Part shown: positions 10,384 to 20,504 of the stretch, piece by piece
Position numbering within the stretch: the stretch's first letter is position 1
How the letters are laid out: each line of letters starts with the position of its first letter
Source of the DNA: Octopus bimaculoides
Lineage: Eukaryota
Reading direction: 5' to 3'
Length of the DNA stretch: 33,006 nucleotides
Assembly (NCBI RefSeq): GCF_001194135.2
Contig: NC_068982.1
Location: 53,251,752-53,284,757 of the forward strand
Translations under genes and position numbers: made by a program
The notes under the pieces: model-generated
Databases searched by the model: none
What the model was told of the DNA's origin: nothing
The model's input: only the letters and a program-made list of their open reading frames with translations

Positions 10384-11078
10384 GCACATATATGCATACG
10401 CATATATACGAAACTATATATCATAAATGATTATGTATACAAACACACACACGTGTATGTATGTATGTATGTATGTATGTATGTATATATGTATGCATGT
10501 ATGTATGTATGCATGCATAAAATGTACATAGCATTCTGTCGTACAAGTCAGGATAAATGCTCGAATAGGATTCTACGGTTCAACATATAATATTGCGTAA
10601 ATGCACTCATGCACTAACAAGCAGTTTATGTTAAGTTGTTACTTAGCGTGCCAATAACTGGCTTAGCCTGGACGTTTAAGAACAAGGGGCGGGAGTAGTC
10701 TAGGTGACTCAGTGCATCTATTCAAATGTACGGCTGCAATTTGAAAGGAGTGCCTTTAAATAACAATATTCAACAAGCACAGCTAACACCATCAGCGTTA
10801 TCAGAAATCACCTCTCTCGGTATCCACACGCACACAACGCCCACATACACATATACACACTCTGAAACCACCACCACCACCACCACCCATCATCACCGCC
10901 ACCCACCACCATCACCACCACCACCACTGTAAGCACGATTATAATTATATTTTCAACCACAATCATGACGACCATTATTACAGCGACTGCAAGAACTGGA
11001 GTAGAAACGTGTAACTCCTTGTCAGCCCAGCTTAGATCGAACTAGATTCATGATGAAAGGTATACCAACTGTGATCAC

Positions 11079-13476
11079 CAGCTGGTATAAAAAAATTAAT
11101 TGATGAAAAATTAATTACAATATATTGGCCCAATTAATTGATTGGAGTCGTACTGCCAATCAAATAATTCATTGCTATCATATCAATTAATTGCGGTTAA
11201 TTGCAACATTGTCAGCTAAAGTTTTTCAAATGGCTCATACTTCATTCGACTTTAGTTGGCAGATACAGCGTTCTATTATTATTTGAGGTATTGTGTTGAC
11301 GTTTTGTTCTGACTGCTGAGAACGATTCACATATTCTATCGTGTTTTGGAATTGGCTATTGTGATTCTTGGTTCTGACTGCCGAGAATGATTCGCAAATT
11401 CTGTCTTCAAGTCATTAAAATCGTAACTTCGCTTGCACCGCGGTTGTAGCTTGAATTCCGCTCCAACATATGAAGTGAATCATACTTCCATCAGTGGGTG
11501 TCGAAATATCTTCTATTTTAAACTGTGACGAAATATCCCTTATTTTAAACTCACCCATGCCGCGAGAAAACGAGCAAATCGTCAGAAAATATTTTAACCA
11601 AACAGGCAGTGAACACATGTATGGAAATGTAAGTGTGGAAAGCAGTTGACCCAGAAAAAAGGAACTGGATGGACAAATCTTATGAATCATATAAAAAAAA
11701 CAGCTTCCAGAATATGCTACTACAAAAGCAACTGGACAATCATCTTTATCAAGTTTTCTTTCACCAAGAAGTAGTTTGGTCAGTCGCTCGGCCTTAAATG
11801 TTTATAGTTGGACTGAATGGGTATGTGTTGGTTTAAAACCATTGTCCTTTACTGAAGACCCACTTGACTCATAAGTAAACAAACTTGAGAAGTATGAAAA
11901 TTGTGATCTTAAAGTAATACATGGAGAAACTTACTCAAGAAGTGGAAAAGAAAATATCTGATGAACTTCTAAGTAAATTTTCTTGGTAATCGACGGTTGG
12001 ACCAAGGGTTCGACGCATTTCATTGGACATTTTGCATCTTCTTTGTACAATTATCAAAATGACTATTGTACTGTTTTGCTGGCATATTCGCCAATGGAAG
12101 TGAAACATCATTCATTGCTTCTGATTATGTCGAATTTATAGAGTATGTGTTAATTGTTTATAACAAATATATAGAAAATGTTGTAGCTGTTACCGGAGAT
12201 AATACTGAAGTGAACAAATCTATAGCGAATTTATGTAGAATACCATTGATTGGATGTGGCTCTCATAAATTCAATCTAGCTGTTTCTGTTTATCTCAACA
12301 AGCAGGATGTTTTGCTTGATAAAATTAATATGTTGATCAGCAAACTAAAATAATTAAAACTTGCGGGTAAACTTCGGGAAAAAACGCCTTTGCAACCTAT
12401 ACAAAGAAATAAAACCCGATGGTCCAATACTTATGACATGATTGAGAGGTACATCCAACTCAAGGCATTTTTAGACTCTTTTCAAGGCGATCTAAAGCTG
12501 GTTGATTATCTGTTGCCTCCATGCAATCATAAATGATCTGCAGACTCAAAAAGACAATTTAGGAAAGTTACGCTCAGTAACAGTCGCCTTGCAAAGAACA
12601 GAAATAAATTTGGGAGATACTCAAATTCTTTTTGACGAAATTCTCGCATTGTATCCTTACGAGGAGTTTTAAAAAATATTTGCTTTCATCGACAGCCATT
12701 GTGCACAACCCAAATTTTGAAAGTGGAGTTGCGAAAATTTTACAGCATGCAGAAGCAGAACTAACTGCGGATAAAGTGGCTGCTCTACATCAGCTGAAAG
12801 TGGTGACAGACATGTCACAACAGTCTAATTTACCTGTAGAAGATGATGATTTTGCTTCAATTTTTTTGAACAAAAAAAAAAATTTTTTTTTTTTTAAATC
12901 TCACCCCAGCAATATCCAAAATGTAGATTTTGTTACCAGCACCCAACATCTTGGAACGTTTCTTCAGCTCAGCAGGTTACGTTTTTAATGATTTTCGGCA
13001 ATACTTAACACCAATGAATTTAGAAATGTAATTATTTCTAAAAGTCAATCGCCCTTTCTGAGATGAAGACCTAGTTTCAGAAATCCTTCATGACCTTTTG
13101 CTATATTAGAACATTTTAATTGTGCTACTTGTTTGAGAAACTTTTTCAATTAAAGACCTTCAATTTATTTGTTTTCCAGCTACTGTACGCTGTAGAGTAT
13201 ACATGTTGCTTGTTGCCTATTCTAAATCAATAAAATTGAACTTTGAACGTTTTCTGGTAATAAAGTTTTTTGAAACTATAAGACATGCTTTTTATTATCC
13301 TATCTTTTCCTAAATCGAAGCTAACACTCCAAAATATATGGTGCTTCAGCAAAATAATTGACAGTTAATTGCAATTAATTGGAACAACTGATTGACCTGT
13401 ATCCCAATTAAAATTAATTGAATGCTAGGAAAATAATTGATTGGAATCAATTCCAATCAATTACTTCCAATCCCAG
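11079..13476 (+). mobile_element. decayed, near-full-length hAT DNA transposon
   Basis: Internal transposase relic, AATTAATTG/AATTGATTG subterminal motifs clustered at both ends, weak TIR similarity, imperfect 8-bp flanks GTGATCAC (11071-11078) and GTGACCAA (13477-13484). Exact ends uncertain by a few bases. Confidence 0.85.
11557..13093 (+). pseudogene. hAT transposase pseudogene (BED finger, DDE core, C-terminal dimerisation region) with several frameshifts and stops
   Basis: MPRENEQIVRKYF from 11557; WKCKCGKQLTQKKGTGWTNLMNHI (11622-11693); IDGWT (11989-12003); TGDN (12192-12203); GCGSHKFNLAV (from 12252); TRWSNTYDMIERY (from 12414); IVHNPNFESG; ERFFSSAG (from 12954); LTPMNLEM*LFLKVNR. Confidence 0.9.
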
Positions 13477-13559
13477 GTGACCAACCCTTCCATATAGCAG
13501 ATATATTATACCAAGGACTGAACTGTGCAATGAGTACTTGTTTGTTTGTTTCTTTATTT

Positions 13560-13770
13560 TGGCAGAATCGTTAGCACGCCGGGCGAAATGCTAAGCAGTA
13601 TTTCGTCTGTTTTCGCGTTCTGAGTTCAAATGTCGCCGAGGTCGACTTTACCTTTCATCCTTTCGGGGTCGATAAAATAAGCACCAACTGAATATAATCG
13701 ACTATCCCCCTGCCCCAAATTTCGGACCTTGGGTCAATAGTAGAAAGGATTATTATTATTATTATTATTA
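13560..13770 (+). mobile_element. SINE-B with (ATT)n tail
   Basis: tggcagaatcgttagcacgccgggcgaaatg head, gagttcaaat B-box, tail agaaaggattattattattattattatta. Confidence 0.9.
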
Positions 13771-13988
13771 AGGCAATGAGCAGGCAGAATTTTTAGCTCG
13801 CCGGGCAAAATGCTTAGCGGTATTGTGTCCATCTTTACTTCTGAGTTCAAATCCTGCTGAAGTCGACTTTGCTTTTCATCTTTTCAGGGTCGATAAAATA
13901 AGTACCATTTAAGTAATCAGTATCAGTTGATGTAATCAACTCAGGCTCCCTCATAAAACTGCTGGTCGTGTGCAAAATCTGAAACCAT
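13771..13988 (+). mobile_element. SINE-B, directly in tandem with the previous copy
   Basis: aggcaatgagcaggcagaa head starts immediately after the (ATT)n tail; same core. Confidence 0.85.
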
Positions 13989-14119
13989 TCTTAGTAGTAT
14001 TTGCAGAAACACAAGAGTGTGTACTATGAGGTAAAATTAACTGCTATAACTAGCAGAATAAGTGACTGCGTAGTGCAGTAGTTTTCTGTCCGTTTGATTC
14101 TGTGGCTCTCCGCCACCAC

Positions 14120-14145
14120 GACTACTACTACTACTACTACTACCA

Positions 14146-14190
<45 letters not shown>

Positions 14191-14206
14191 AAACAACAAC
14201 AACAAC
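14120..14206 (+). repeat. (CTA)n/(CAA)n compound microsatellite
   Basis: Direct reading. Confidence 0.95.
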
Positions 14207-14399
14207 ATTATGTTATAGGTACAAATGTTGAGTGTTATTTGTATAATCTAACTTCGATCGCCCTCCCTAATCCAATCATATTACACAGAGTAATAAGACT
14301 CGACTTTAGAGTTACAGCGTGCGTGTGTGTGTGTATGTATGTCTGTGTGTCTGTATGTGTGTGTGTGAGAGAGAGAGCAGACAGACAGACAGAAACAGA

Positions 14400-14570
14400 G
14401 AGAAATCAACCGTAGTAGTGGACCGGTACTTTAGTCATCGATATATTGAAAAGAGGAAGGGCAACTTCGACCCCAGTGAGATTTGAACTCAGGGTGAAGT
14501 GAGCTTGAACGGATACAACAAGGAAATTTTACCTATGCTATAACAGCTCGGCTAATTTGTAGCCTTCATA
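14400..14570 (-). mobile_element. SINE-B, degraded
   Basis: aagggcaacttcgacccc...gagatttgaactcagg...gctataacagctcggc. Confidence 0.5.
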
Positions 14571-14592
14571 GCATTTCGTATCTTTTTCAAAA

Positions 14593-14632
<40 letters not shown>

Positions 14633-14871
14633 AATGATTATGTCAATCTTTCAAATAGACAACCCTAAAACTGACAGCGACCTAATTGCATTTCTCTACA
14701 TACAGAAGAAAAAAGCTTATCCTGTTACTGAAATTGGGATGGGTAGAATTACTAAAGTAAAAATCACATGGAAAAACAAAATATGCGTTTGAGTGAGCAA
14801 GACGTATGAGAAGGGTTGTTCTAAATATATAATTGAATTTTGGGATAGACCATCGAAATATGTTAGCCTAA

Positions 14872-14914
<43 letters not shown>

Positions 14915-15360
14915 AGGTTCGACTAACTCATATGGAAAATATTGTAAGCATTTCTTAACTATCTGGGAAACAAATAATCTTTATAATCTACATGTAACCT
15001 ATCCACAAAAATGTACGTTTATGAGCTGCTTGTCTTTTTAGTACCCATGTTCTTTCTTGCGCATGTTGAGATGAGTGTATATAATATATACGTGTGTATC
15101 CGATGTTGCTACGAAAAACATATTCAACAACCGTTGCATCATATCCAAAAGTACACAATTCACTTCATTTTGGTTGGATTTCTTTTTTCTTCTCAGTCTA
15201 GCATCATTATCTTTAATACTTTTTCTGAAGTTTCCATGTCTTGAACGTCTACTCGTTTTAAAGCTTGCACTTGTGCTATTGAAATATCTTTTCAAGTTTT
15301 CCTTTTCCTACATTGCCCTGAAATCAGTGGTGATGCTAGCGTTTTGTAGCAGCATGAAAA

Positions 15361-15802
15361 GGCGGCGAGCTGGTAGAAACGTTAGCTCGCCGGCAGAAAC
15401 GTTAGCACGCCGGGCGAAATGCTTAGCAGTATTTCGTCTGCCGCTACATTCCGAGTTCAAATTCCGCCGAGGTCGGCTTTGCCTTTCATCCTTTCGGGAT
15501 CGATAAATTAAGTACCAGTTACGCAATGGGGTCGGTAATCGACTTAATCCCTTTGTCCGTCCTTGTTTGTCCTTCTATGTTTAGCCCATGTGTGCAATAA
15601 ATAAATAAGAAACTTTAGCATGCTGGGCGAAATGCTTAGAGGTGTTTCGTCTGTCTTTACGTCCTGAGTTCAAATTCCGCCGAAGTTGACTTTGCCTTTC
15701 GGGGTCCATAAATTAAGTACCAGTTGCGTACTGGAGTCAATCCAATCGACTGGCCCCCTCCCCACAAAATTTTGGGCCTTGTACCTAGAGTAGAAAAGAA
15801 TA
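15361..15802 (+). mobile_element. dimeric SINE-B insertion with 16-bp target-site duplication
   Basis: TTTTGTAGCAGCATGA at 15342-15357 and 15803-15818. Monomer 1 is about 15361-15608 and monomer 2 about 15609-15802, with different 3' ends. Confidence 0.9.
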
Positions 15803-16924
15803 TTTTGTAGCAGCATGAGGAAGTTTTGGCCAAGAAATGATGAGAACTGGCAAAAGTTTCTATATAAGCAACGTTATGCGTTTTTATATAATAAATCAAA
15901 TTTACACCCATTTCTCAATATGTTGGTGAAGTGACAAAAATAATTAACGAGGCGCAAGGCGTGAAAGATAGTAGCGTCTGTTATACGTTGCAGTAACAAA
16001 AACTACATAACGTAATTGTGATTAAGATTTTCGACACATCTTCTATTTTTGGCAATTGTGCCTATATAGTTCGGTTTGTTGTCCGACATAAAATTTTTCA
16101 GAGAAATCTTAATCATCCACTGTAAGGAAAAATATGTTCAGGACCCATATTTTTGATAGGCAATGCTACAGCAATTAAAAATATTTTGAACTGTTCAAAT
16201 AAGGCATTCCTGCAGTGAGTTGAAAATACGTGATTTCCGGAGTAAAAGAGGTTGATTTGCCAATGGTGTTAATTGGAGTTAAACGATAGATCGCAGAGAA
16301 GTTAATGTACTATACTCACTAGTCAAATACAAAAATAAAGGATTGATTTTATTCTGTGTATATGGAAAGCGATGGAATGCAGGAATGTAGAAAAACTAAA
16401 TAGATGTTATATATAATGAAAAAGACTGGAAACTAAATACACATTTTACAACGATATTATTTACGCTACTTCTACGCTGATTCCTGTTTAAAATTCATGT
16501 GTTACAAATGCAGTGCACCGACAAATTAGCGAGGTCTTAAACGAATATATTCCAAGAAAACGACATCTGCGAAAGTAAAATTTCTAACAGAGAATGAACA
16601 GAATATTCACGAAGTCACATTAAAACTAAATTTCTAAGCTCAGTCAAGCATGCTGGAAGCCTGAGCAATATCAATACTTGCTTTGGCTTGGCATTGAAAG
16701 TGCTTGTATATGAAGATATTCATTTGTTAAATGAAAACAGTGATGTGGAGTATGAAGATTAAAGGCTTGCCTTATGTTGCATCCTGAACAACTTATTTAA
16801 ACAACTAATATTCCACGAAATTGCAGGGAGAGATTATAACAGTTTTACTGTTATTTCATTGGCTTGTATTTAGGGTCTGCACCTCCGGTGTCCAGGTGAA
16901 AAGAAAAAAAAAGAAAGAAATAGT

Positions 16925-17265
16925 ACACGGCGTGACTGCGTGGTAAGAAGTTTGATTCCCAACCACATGGTTCAGTCCTGCTGTGTAGCATCTTCGATAA
17001 AAGTCTTCTACTAAGGCCTTGGGCTAACCAAAGCCTTGTGAATGGATTTGATAGACGAAAATTGAAAGACGCTCGTGGTGTATGTATATGTGTGTGTGTG
17101 AGTGTTTTCCCCCACCGCTGCTTGACAACAGGTGTTGGCAAAATATATCGATAAAATGAATACTAGGCTTTAAAAATATAAGTACTAGTAACGGTTTCTT
17201 CGGCGAAACCCTTTGCGGTGATGCACCAGCATGGATGCAATCCAACGACTGAAACTAATAAAAGT
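16925..17265 (+). mobile_element. SINE-A
   Basis: gcgtggtaagaagtttg head, accaaagccttgtgaatggatttg core, ccagcatgg...gactgaaactaataaaag end; internal deletion. Confidence 0.8.
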
Positions 17266-17374
17266 TAAAATTACAATTTTAGCAAGGAAAAAGCCATTAT
17301 AATACCATTAAAGTAATAAAAAAATAGTTATTAACTGAGATTACATGACTTCTATAGAATTTATATATCTTTTT

Positions 17375-17744
17375 TTTTTTTTTACTTCAGTCATTGGAAT
17401 ACGACCATGCTTGGGCATCGCCTTGAAGTGTATAGTTGAAAATATCTACCCCAGTATTTATTTTTAAGCTCGGTACTTATTCTAGCGGTCTGCCGAATAG
17501 AAGTTTCGGGGGTGTAAACAAGCCAACACCGGTTGTCAAGCGATGGTGGAAGACAAACACAAACGCAAGAATACACAAACACACATGCATAGAATGGGTT
17601 GCTTTTAGTTTTCGTCAACCAAATCCGCTCACAAGGCCCGGGGCTATAGCAAAAGATACTTGCCCGAGGTGCCACATGATGGGGCTGAACTTCAAACCAC
17701 ATGGTTAAGAAATAAGCTTCTTACCACACAGCCATGCCTGCGCC
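17375..17744 (-). mobile_element. SINE-A
   Basis: Colinear with 784-1146, ending cttaccacacagccatgcctgcgcc. Confidence 0.85.
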
Positions 17745-18050
17745 AATATCATGGCATTACACAAATGTGAAAAAATAAAAAAATAAAGAAAGAAAGAAAC
17801 CGATTATTTAAATTCATAAGACAATGAATCAAACCCCAAAAATTATGTTTGTTACATATTGACAATACATGACATATATAGACTGAAAACGTCTTACATA
17901 GTATCGTGTCATTACATATGCATTTAGTAATTTTAATGTTGATAACCAAGACGAACATTTCGGGCAACCACACGAAAAACTCTACCAGAGTCTTGTGATT
18001 GCCTCGTCGAGCAATACACAGTTATTAAAGCTTCCTTGTAGCTGTACATA

Positions 18051-18095
18051 GGGGAGACTGGGTCTAGTTGTTACACGGGTAAGTTGTTACAAGCC
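18051..18095. mobile_element. possible pogo/Tigger-like TIR fragment
   Basis: TA followed by GGGGAGACTGGGTCTAGTTGTTACACGGGTAAGTTGTTACA with a repeated AGTTGTTACA unit. Resemblance from memory only; no partner end found. Confidence 0.3.
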
Positions 18096-18179
18096 CATTG
18101 CTTCCAAGTTTAAGAAATAGGTGGCACTCGGGTCTCGACCTCGTGAAAGCCAACTCCACAGCATAATGATAAAGGTTTA

Positions 18180-18378
18180 CCATCTTTTCTATCCTTTACT
18201 TGCATCAGTCATTACACAGTGGTCATGCTTGGGGACCATCTTGAAGAACTTTCAGTCGAATGAATCACGCCCTGTACATTTTTTAAGCATGTTGGTTATT
18301 CTTTCGATATCTTTACCGAACAGCTAAGTTACGGGTCCGTAAATAAACCAACACCACTTATCAAGCAATGGTTGGAGA

Positions 18379-18421
<43 letters not shown>

Positions 18422-18582
18422 ACGGGCTTTTTAAAGTTTCCATCTACCAAATCCACTCACAAGGCTTTGGTCGACCCGGCACGGTAGTAGAAAACATTTG
18501 CTCAAGATTCTAGGTAGTGGGACTGAACCCAGAACCATATGGTTGGTAAGCAAGCTTCTTACCACACAGCCACTCCTGCACC
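18180..18582 (-). mobile_element. SINE-A with internal (CA)n
   Basis: Colinear with 784-1146. Confidence 0.85.
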
Positions 18583-19135
18583 TATGAAGCCAAACCTGCG
18601 CTTTAAGGAAAATTTTTAAAAAATTCCAATTTGTTGAAAAACAAAAGGCCAAGTTATGTTAGTTTGTGTCATAATGAAACGAAATATCAAATATTTCGGT
18701 CAAAGCACTTCAACTAAACACACCAACATACGTAATATTTTGCCTTTTTATTATAAATATTATTTTCTGGAAGCCAAGGGACTAGAAAAGTTGGTTACGA
18801 CAGTTTGGTCCATAATAATTGCCATGTTGACGGCAAAGAATGTACTGGTGATGATGGTGATAGTAATAAAAAAAAAAGTGGGGGGGATGCCAAAATAACA
18901 TGAAGCGAATTGAGGGAAAACAAGCGTTTCAAATGCCACGTGCCAACAACAGACGAGAGGTTATTGCGTGCAACAACCTCATTTCTAATAACCTAGTGTA
19001 CGCTGGATGCCAAAGGCGTTTAATAGACCTCCTCACTATCACTCACTGTCACTCTATTCCTCTTACTCTCTTTGCTTGTCTGTCTATCTGACGCCTATCT
19101 CCTACTTTCAAATTCTGGCTGTTCTCTCGCTTCAA

Positions 19136-19421
19136 TACATACATACATACATACATACATACATACATACATACATACATACATACATACATACATGCAT
19201 ACATACATACATACATACATACTTACATACATACATACATACATACATACGTATGTACGTACGTACGTACATACATACATACATACATACGTACATACAT
19301 ACATACGTACATACATACATACGTACGCACATACATACATACATATGTGTATATGTAAATATACAAATACACATACATATATATTTGTGTATATATGTGT
19401 GTGTGCGTGTGTGCATGTGAA

Positions 19422-19478
<57 letters not shown>

Positions 19479-19480
19479 GT
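19136..19480 (+). repeat. long compound microsatellite (TACA)n/(TACG)n/(TG)n/(TC)n/(TA)n
   Basis: Direct reading. Confidence 0.95.
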
Positions 19481-20022
19481 GTGTGTATGTGTATATACAA
19501 GTATACTCAAGCACATACATACACCTGCATACAAATATATGTGTATGTATGTGTCTATGTATGTATGTTTGTATGTTTGTATGCTATCCGTGTCAGTTAC
19601 TGCCTTCGGCGTTATGTGTATATACACAAATATATGGGAGTGCATATAACAACCAACGTATACTTGTATGTATACATGTATATTATCTTATGCCATATGT
19701 GTAAAGAGTACGAGAGGGGGTGAGTGAGAAAGAGGGCGAGACTGGTAAGGAAGTCATTAGAGATGGATTAAAGGTTGTATGTGACAGTGAGATGGAAAAC
19801 AGAACCTATATAATATAGAAATAAAAGCACCAAACATCATGGCATGAAACCGGTTGGAAAAGTTGGAGTTAGGGAAGTGTAAGAGTTGCCGGTCCTGATA
19901 TTAACCTTGAAAATGTTGTGATTGGGGTATGCTGTTGTTTAACATAGGTCAGATTTGAACGAAAAGACTTAATGATTAAAAAAGTTCCTATTATGGCCAT
20001 CTGGTATTATTTGTTGGGCATA

Positions 20023-20183
20023 GGCGCAGGCATGGTTGTGTGGTAAGACGTTTACTTCCCGACCAAATGGTTCCAAGTTCAGTCCTAGTGCGCGACACCT
20101 TGGGCAAGTGTCTTCTACTATAGCCTCGGATCGACCAAAGACTTGTGAGTGGATTTGGTAGACGGAAACTGAAAGAAGCCTGT

Positions 20184-20248
<65 letters not shown>

Positions 20249-20504
20249 AAGTGCAAGCGTGTGTGAGCTTGTTCCCCACTACTGCTTGATAACCCCTGTT
20301 GGTGTGTTTACGTCCCCGTAACTTGGCAGTTCGGCAAAAGAGAACGATAGAATAAGTACCTAGTATTACTCAAAAGAGATCGATAGAATAATACCCGAGA
20401 GCGATAGAGAAAGTACTGGGGTCGATTCGCTTGACTAAAATTCTTCAAGCTGGTGCCCCAGCATCATGGCAGTCTAATGATAAGCAAATAAAAGATAAAA
20501 GATA
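20023..20504 (+). mobile_element. SINE-A, full length, with internal (TG)n and a triplicated 3' module
   Basis: ggcgcaggcatggttgtgtggtaag head, aagttcagtcc B-box, aaaagataaaagata tail. Confidence 0.9.

Noticed and set aside
15075-15526. 143-aa and 72-aa ORFs
   Set aside because: They run through the SINE-B dimer and across its TSD boundary.
14960-16150. Possible ancient piggyBac transposase relic on the minus strand (NYIGTIAKNRR near 16050, GCKFDLY near 15900, C-terminal cysteines near 15110), interrupted by the SINE-B dimer
   Set aside because: Motifs are short, their spacing is too small for piggyBac and stops are frequent. A profile search (DDE_Tnp_1_7) on the SINE-excised sequence would be needed.
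16160-16214. 55-nt candidate exon (GATAG|...GCA|GTGAGT; GNATAIKNILNCSNKAFL)
   Set aside because: Weak pyrimidine tract and no homology; such site pairs are expected by chance in 33 kb.
18957-18980. Hairpin GAGGTTATTGC-GT-GCAACAACCTC
   Set aside because: 11-bp stem with one mismatch, too short for a pre-miRNA and compatible with chance.
19007-19723. Overlapping ORFs up to 210 aa (HTYI/MYVC repeats), and similar ORFs at 1499-1969, 6212-6512, 8717-9261, 9985-10383, 19969-20256 and 27041-27535
   Set aside because: Translations of stop-free microsatellites and SINE interiors.
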